From Candidatus Latescibacterota bacterium (GTDB taxonomy: Bacteria > Latescibacterota > CBDEFO01), in contig OZ252149.1 in the NCBI GenBank assembly GCA_965248755.1, forward strand, positions 3,168,001-3,232,000: DNA of 64,000 nt. The letters are read 5' to 3'. Both the position numbers and the translations under genes were made by a program. Below are positions 61,279 through 64,000 of the stretch, one piece after another. Under the pieces are notes generated by a model that saw only the letters and a list, made by a program, of their open reading frames with translations, searched no databases and was not told where the DNA came from. Numbering within the stretch: the first letter of the stretch is position 1; the number at the start of each line of letters is the position of its first letter.

Positions 61279-61605
61279 ATGGCTCTTCCGGCCTTGAAAA
61301 GGACAGATCACAGAAGAGATCGCTCTGACCCACGTGATTTCGAGGTTACGTACTCGATTGAGGTCTTAAGCTCCCAATTTTGCGAGGTGGTAGATGCAGT
61401 CAAAGCAAGATTCCATCCATCGACAGAGGAGATTATAAACCGGCGTCATCCTGAGATAATAGATAGAATAGCACAGGCCCAAGAAAGGATAGATAGGGAG
61501 GCGCAGCGCCTTCAGGGTGGAAAAGGAAATATAGATAGGTGGAGGGAGGCTTTGAGGAATTACGAGGACATATGGATCTCAGTGATTGATCTACCCACAT
61601 ACTAA
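61279..61605 (+). CDS. Hypothetical protein
   Basis: 108-aa ORF with promoter and RBS; no family recognised. Confidence 0.55.
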   Translation: MALPALKRTDHRRDRSDPRDFEVTYSIEVLSSQFCEVVDAVKARFHPSTEEIINRRHPEIIDRIAQAQERIDREAQRLQGGKGNIDRWREALRNYEDIWISVIDLPTY

Positions 61606-61884
61606 AGGAGTCGAGAAAGACGCAAGCCCAAAAAAAATCATCAGGACTCGATGCGCTTCATTGATACTAATCCTCCCTGGACATCGATGAGTGATATAGT
61701 TCCAGTTTCTTCACCCCCGAAACTGAATTCCATCCTTGACTTTACCGGCCTTTTATGTTAGTAGGTGCAAGAATACCGTCAGTTTCTTGATAGGAATAGA
61801 GATTTTCTAAATTTTTTGTGCGGATTTCCTTGTCCAGTTGGGTCTGTACTTATAGAAGAGGTTTTGACAGGGGATTTTTCGTAT

Positions 61885-62402
61885 ATGGAAGATTTGAAAT
61901 CACTCATCATTTGCGCACAAGCGGGCGACCTGGACGCTTTCGGTGCGATCGTACAACGTTTTCAAGACATGGCCGTGGGCTATGCATACTCGATTCTGGG
62001 TGACTTTCATCTGGTTGAGGATGCGGCGTAGGAGGCATTTATCGGAGCCTGGAGTAACTTGCATCAGCTTCGCGAACCTGATGCCTTCCCGGGCTGGTTT
62101 CGCAAGATTATCTTCAAACACTGCGACCGTCTCACACGGGGGATGCGCATTGAGATCGTTCCACTGGAAGCGGAGGTCTTAATGTCTTCAGAGGCGAAAG
62201 ATCCTGCAGAGGCTGTGCTTGAAGGGGAGATGAGGGACGCGGTCTTAGCAGCAATTGGGGCACTGCCAGAAATCCAGCGGATGGTCACAACGCTCTTCTA
62301 TATTAATGCCTATTCACAGAATGAAAATGCCGAATTCATGGAGATCCCCCAACGACAGTCGATCACCGGCTTCGCGCCTCCCGGAAGCGGCTGAAGGAAA
62401 AG
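61885..62402 (+). pseudogene. ECF sigma-70 factor domain with an in-frame TAG (62029-62031) and a frameshift (~62350)
   Basis: AQAGD..AF..IV.RFQDMA..YA..ILGDFH..EDAA*EAF...L.QLREP.AFPGWFR.I; sigma4 TV..RL..SRKRLK after the shift. Confidence 0.85.
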
Positions 62403-64000
62403 ATGATATATATGGCGAAAGACACTCTGTATGAAGAGGCCCCGTCGCGGGCTGAGAAGTTTGCCAAGAAGGTCGAACGTATGATTAGACCGCTGGCACT
62501 CAAGACCATCGAGTTTAGCCTGTTTGGAAAGGGTGCAGGGACAGATATATGGGAAATGCTCTGCGCAGCACTGAAGGGCGATTTGCAGACGATCCAGCAA
62601 CTCGTAGAGAAGAACCCCGACCTGGTGGAATGCCAATATAATTATACGCAGCCGATACACTTTGCCGTCAGAGAGGGCCACGTTGACGTGGTGAGCTACC
62701 TGCTTGAGCGCGGCGCCAATCCCTCCTATCGCACCTACTTCTATGGAGACTCGCTGTTGACCATGGCCCTCGACCGTGGCCATGATGCAGTTGTCCAGAT
62801 CCTCGAGGAAGCACTGCGGAAGCGGGACCAAGGGTTCTCATCCCAGGCTGCAGAGCTGATCGAAGCAGTGTCTGGTAGAGATTATGCGAATATCAGAGCG
62901 ATCCTTGGAGAATCACCCCAACTGGTGAATGCAAGTGATCTGAACGGGGAAACTCCGCTGCATCGGGCCGTCAAAATTGATGATTTCTACATGATCCGCT
63001 ACCTGATCGACAAGGGGGCGGATGTCAATGCCCAGCGCAGTGACGGGTTCAAACCCATCCACCTGGCGTTTTACCGCAACAACTATTGGGTGCGGAAAGA
63101 CAATTTGCTAATGGTGGGCTATCTGCTGGCTAAAGGTGCAGAGTATAACATTAATACTGCCGCGGCGCTGGGTGATCTCCAGCAGGTGCGAGAATTCCTG
63201 GAAGCCGATGCCTCTCTGGCAAACTTCAACGACTCTTGCAGAAAAAGGCCGATATCCGCAGCCGCAGAACGAGGGTACGCGGAGATCGTCAAGTTGCTTT
63301 TAGAACACGGGGCCGATCCCAATGAACCTGAGGCACAGGCTCCTAAAGGATATGCCCTCTGGGCTGCCGTAAGGGCTAATCAAATCGACATCGCCCGGAC
63401 ACTGCTCGAACACGGGGCCGATCCCAATGCCCACGTCGAATCATCTGGCCCTCCCCTGGAGCACGCCGAAGGCGACATGTACGAACTGCTCCGCGCGCAT
63501 GGAGCCGATGAGCCTCATCCCTTTTTCACTGCTGTATTAGATCACGATGTGGCTGCCGCCGAACAACTGCTCAAAGAAAATCCAGACCTCGTGAACCGGG
63601 ACGACTTACTCTGGGGTGAAGGCGTTATGACTTTGCCAGCTAAGCGGGCACAGTTCGACATGCTAAAGCTTCTCCGGCGCTACGGGGCTAGAGTGCCCGA
63701 TGTGAGCAAATGGGGCCAGTCCTACTATTTCAAGCACTACGATGTGGCCAAGTTTCTCCTTGAAAACGGCATGAATCCCAACCACAGGAACTGGCTTCAG
63801 ATCACGCTACTCCATGATATGGCGGCTGCCGGAAATATGGACAAGGCCAAACTTTTGCTCGATTGTGGTGCTGACATCAACCCCAGGGACGAGGAATATT
63901 GCTCCACACCACTCGGTTTTGCCGCCCGATGGGGCCGAAAGGAACTGGTCGAGTTCCTGCTCGAACGCGGCGCCGCAACAAACCTACCCGACGACGAGCC
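62403..64000 (+). CDS. Ankyrin-repeat protein (runs off the window; originally fused to the ECF sigma domain)
   Basis: Open frame to the window end, absent from the ORF track; QPIHFAVREGH..VV.YLLE.GA, GETPLHRAV, TLLH..A..G, TPLGFAA..G. Confidence 0.88.
   Translation, partial: MIYMAKDTLYEEAPSRAEKFAKKVERMIRPLALKTIEFSLFGKGAGTDIWEMLCAALKGDLQTIQQLVEKNPDLVECQYNYTQPIHFAVREGHVDVVSYLLERGANPSYRTYFYGDSLLTMALDRGHDAVVQILEEALRKRDQGFSSQAAELIEAVSGRDYANIRAILGESPQLVNASDLNGETPLHRAVKIDDFYMIRYLIDKGADVNAQRSDGFKPIHLAFYRNNYWVRKDNLLMVGYLLAKGAEYNINTAAALGDLQQVREFLEADASLANFNDSCRKRPISAAAERGYAEIVKLLLEHGADPNEPEAQAPKGYALWAAVRANQIDIARTLLEHGADPNAHVESSGPPLEHAEGDMYELLRAHGADEPHPFFTAVLDHDVAAAEQLLKENPDLVNRDDLLWGEGVMTLPAKRAQFDMLKLLRRYGARVPDVSKWGQSYYFKHYDVAKFLLENGMNPNHRNWLQITLLHDMAAAGNMDKAKLLLDCGADINPRDEEYCSTPLGFAARWGRKELVEFLLERGAATNLPDDE

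Overview
Bacterial chromosomal window, probably from an uncultured FCB-superphylum lineage (Latescibacterota-like; this is an inference from a C-terminal TWGxIK motif and DUF3098/DUF6913-like genes). Intact housekeeping genes include a TPP-dependent dehydrogenase E1 alpha/beta pair, a dispersed TetR-TolC-MFP-2xRND efflux locus, pcm, an ABC exporter with DUF1854, hddC-hddA-gmhA, hflX, fhs-folD, gcvPA/PB, mazEF, glgA, msrP, pheA, LPS glycosyltransferases and yyaL. These are interleaved with decayed accessory DNA: one intact IS3-family element, IS3/IS1380/ISL3 remnants, two MITE copies and many single-lesion pseudogenes. No rRNA, tRNA or CRISPR array was recognised. The most unusual signal is a set of tiny palindromic elements. 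A ~21-27 bp CCCCGA-N-TCGGGG hairpin occurs at about 12 loci; one copy has a matching empty site in the window, and others nest inside themselves and inside other repeats. Several other micro-palindromes sit in frame inside intact conserved genes (hflX, MFP, RND, pcm), and some have intergenic sister copies. Other leads are a probable non-AUG start for hflX, a frameshifted M50 protease-FG-GAP fusion, an ECF sigma-ankyrin fusion, a HEPN-motif protein in a mini defence island, and a structured RNA candidate upstream of folD.
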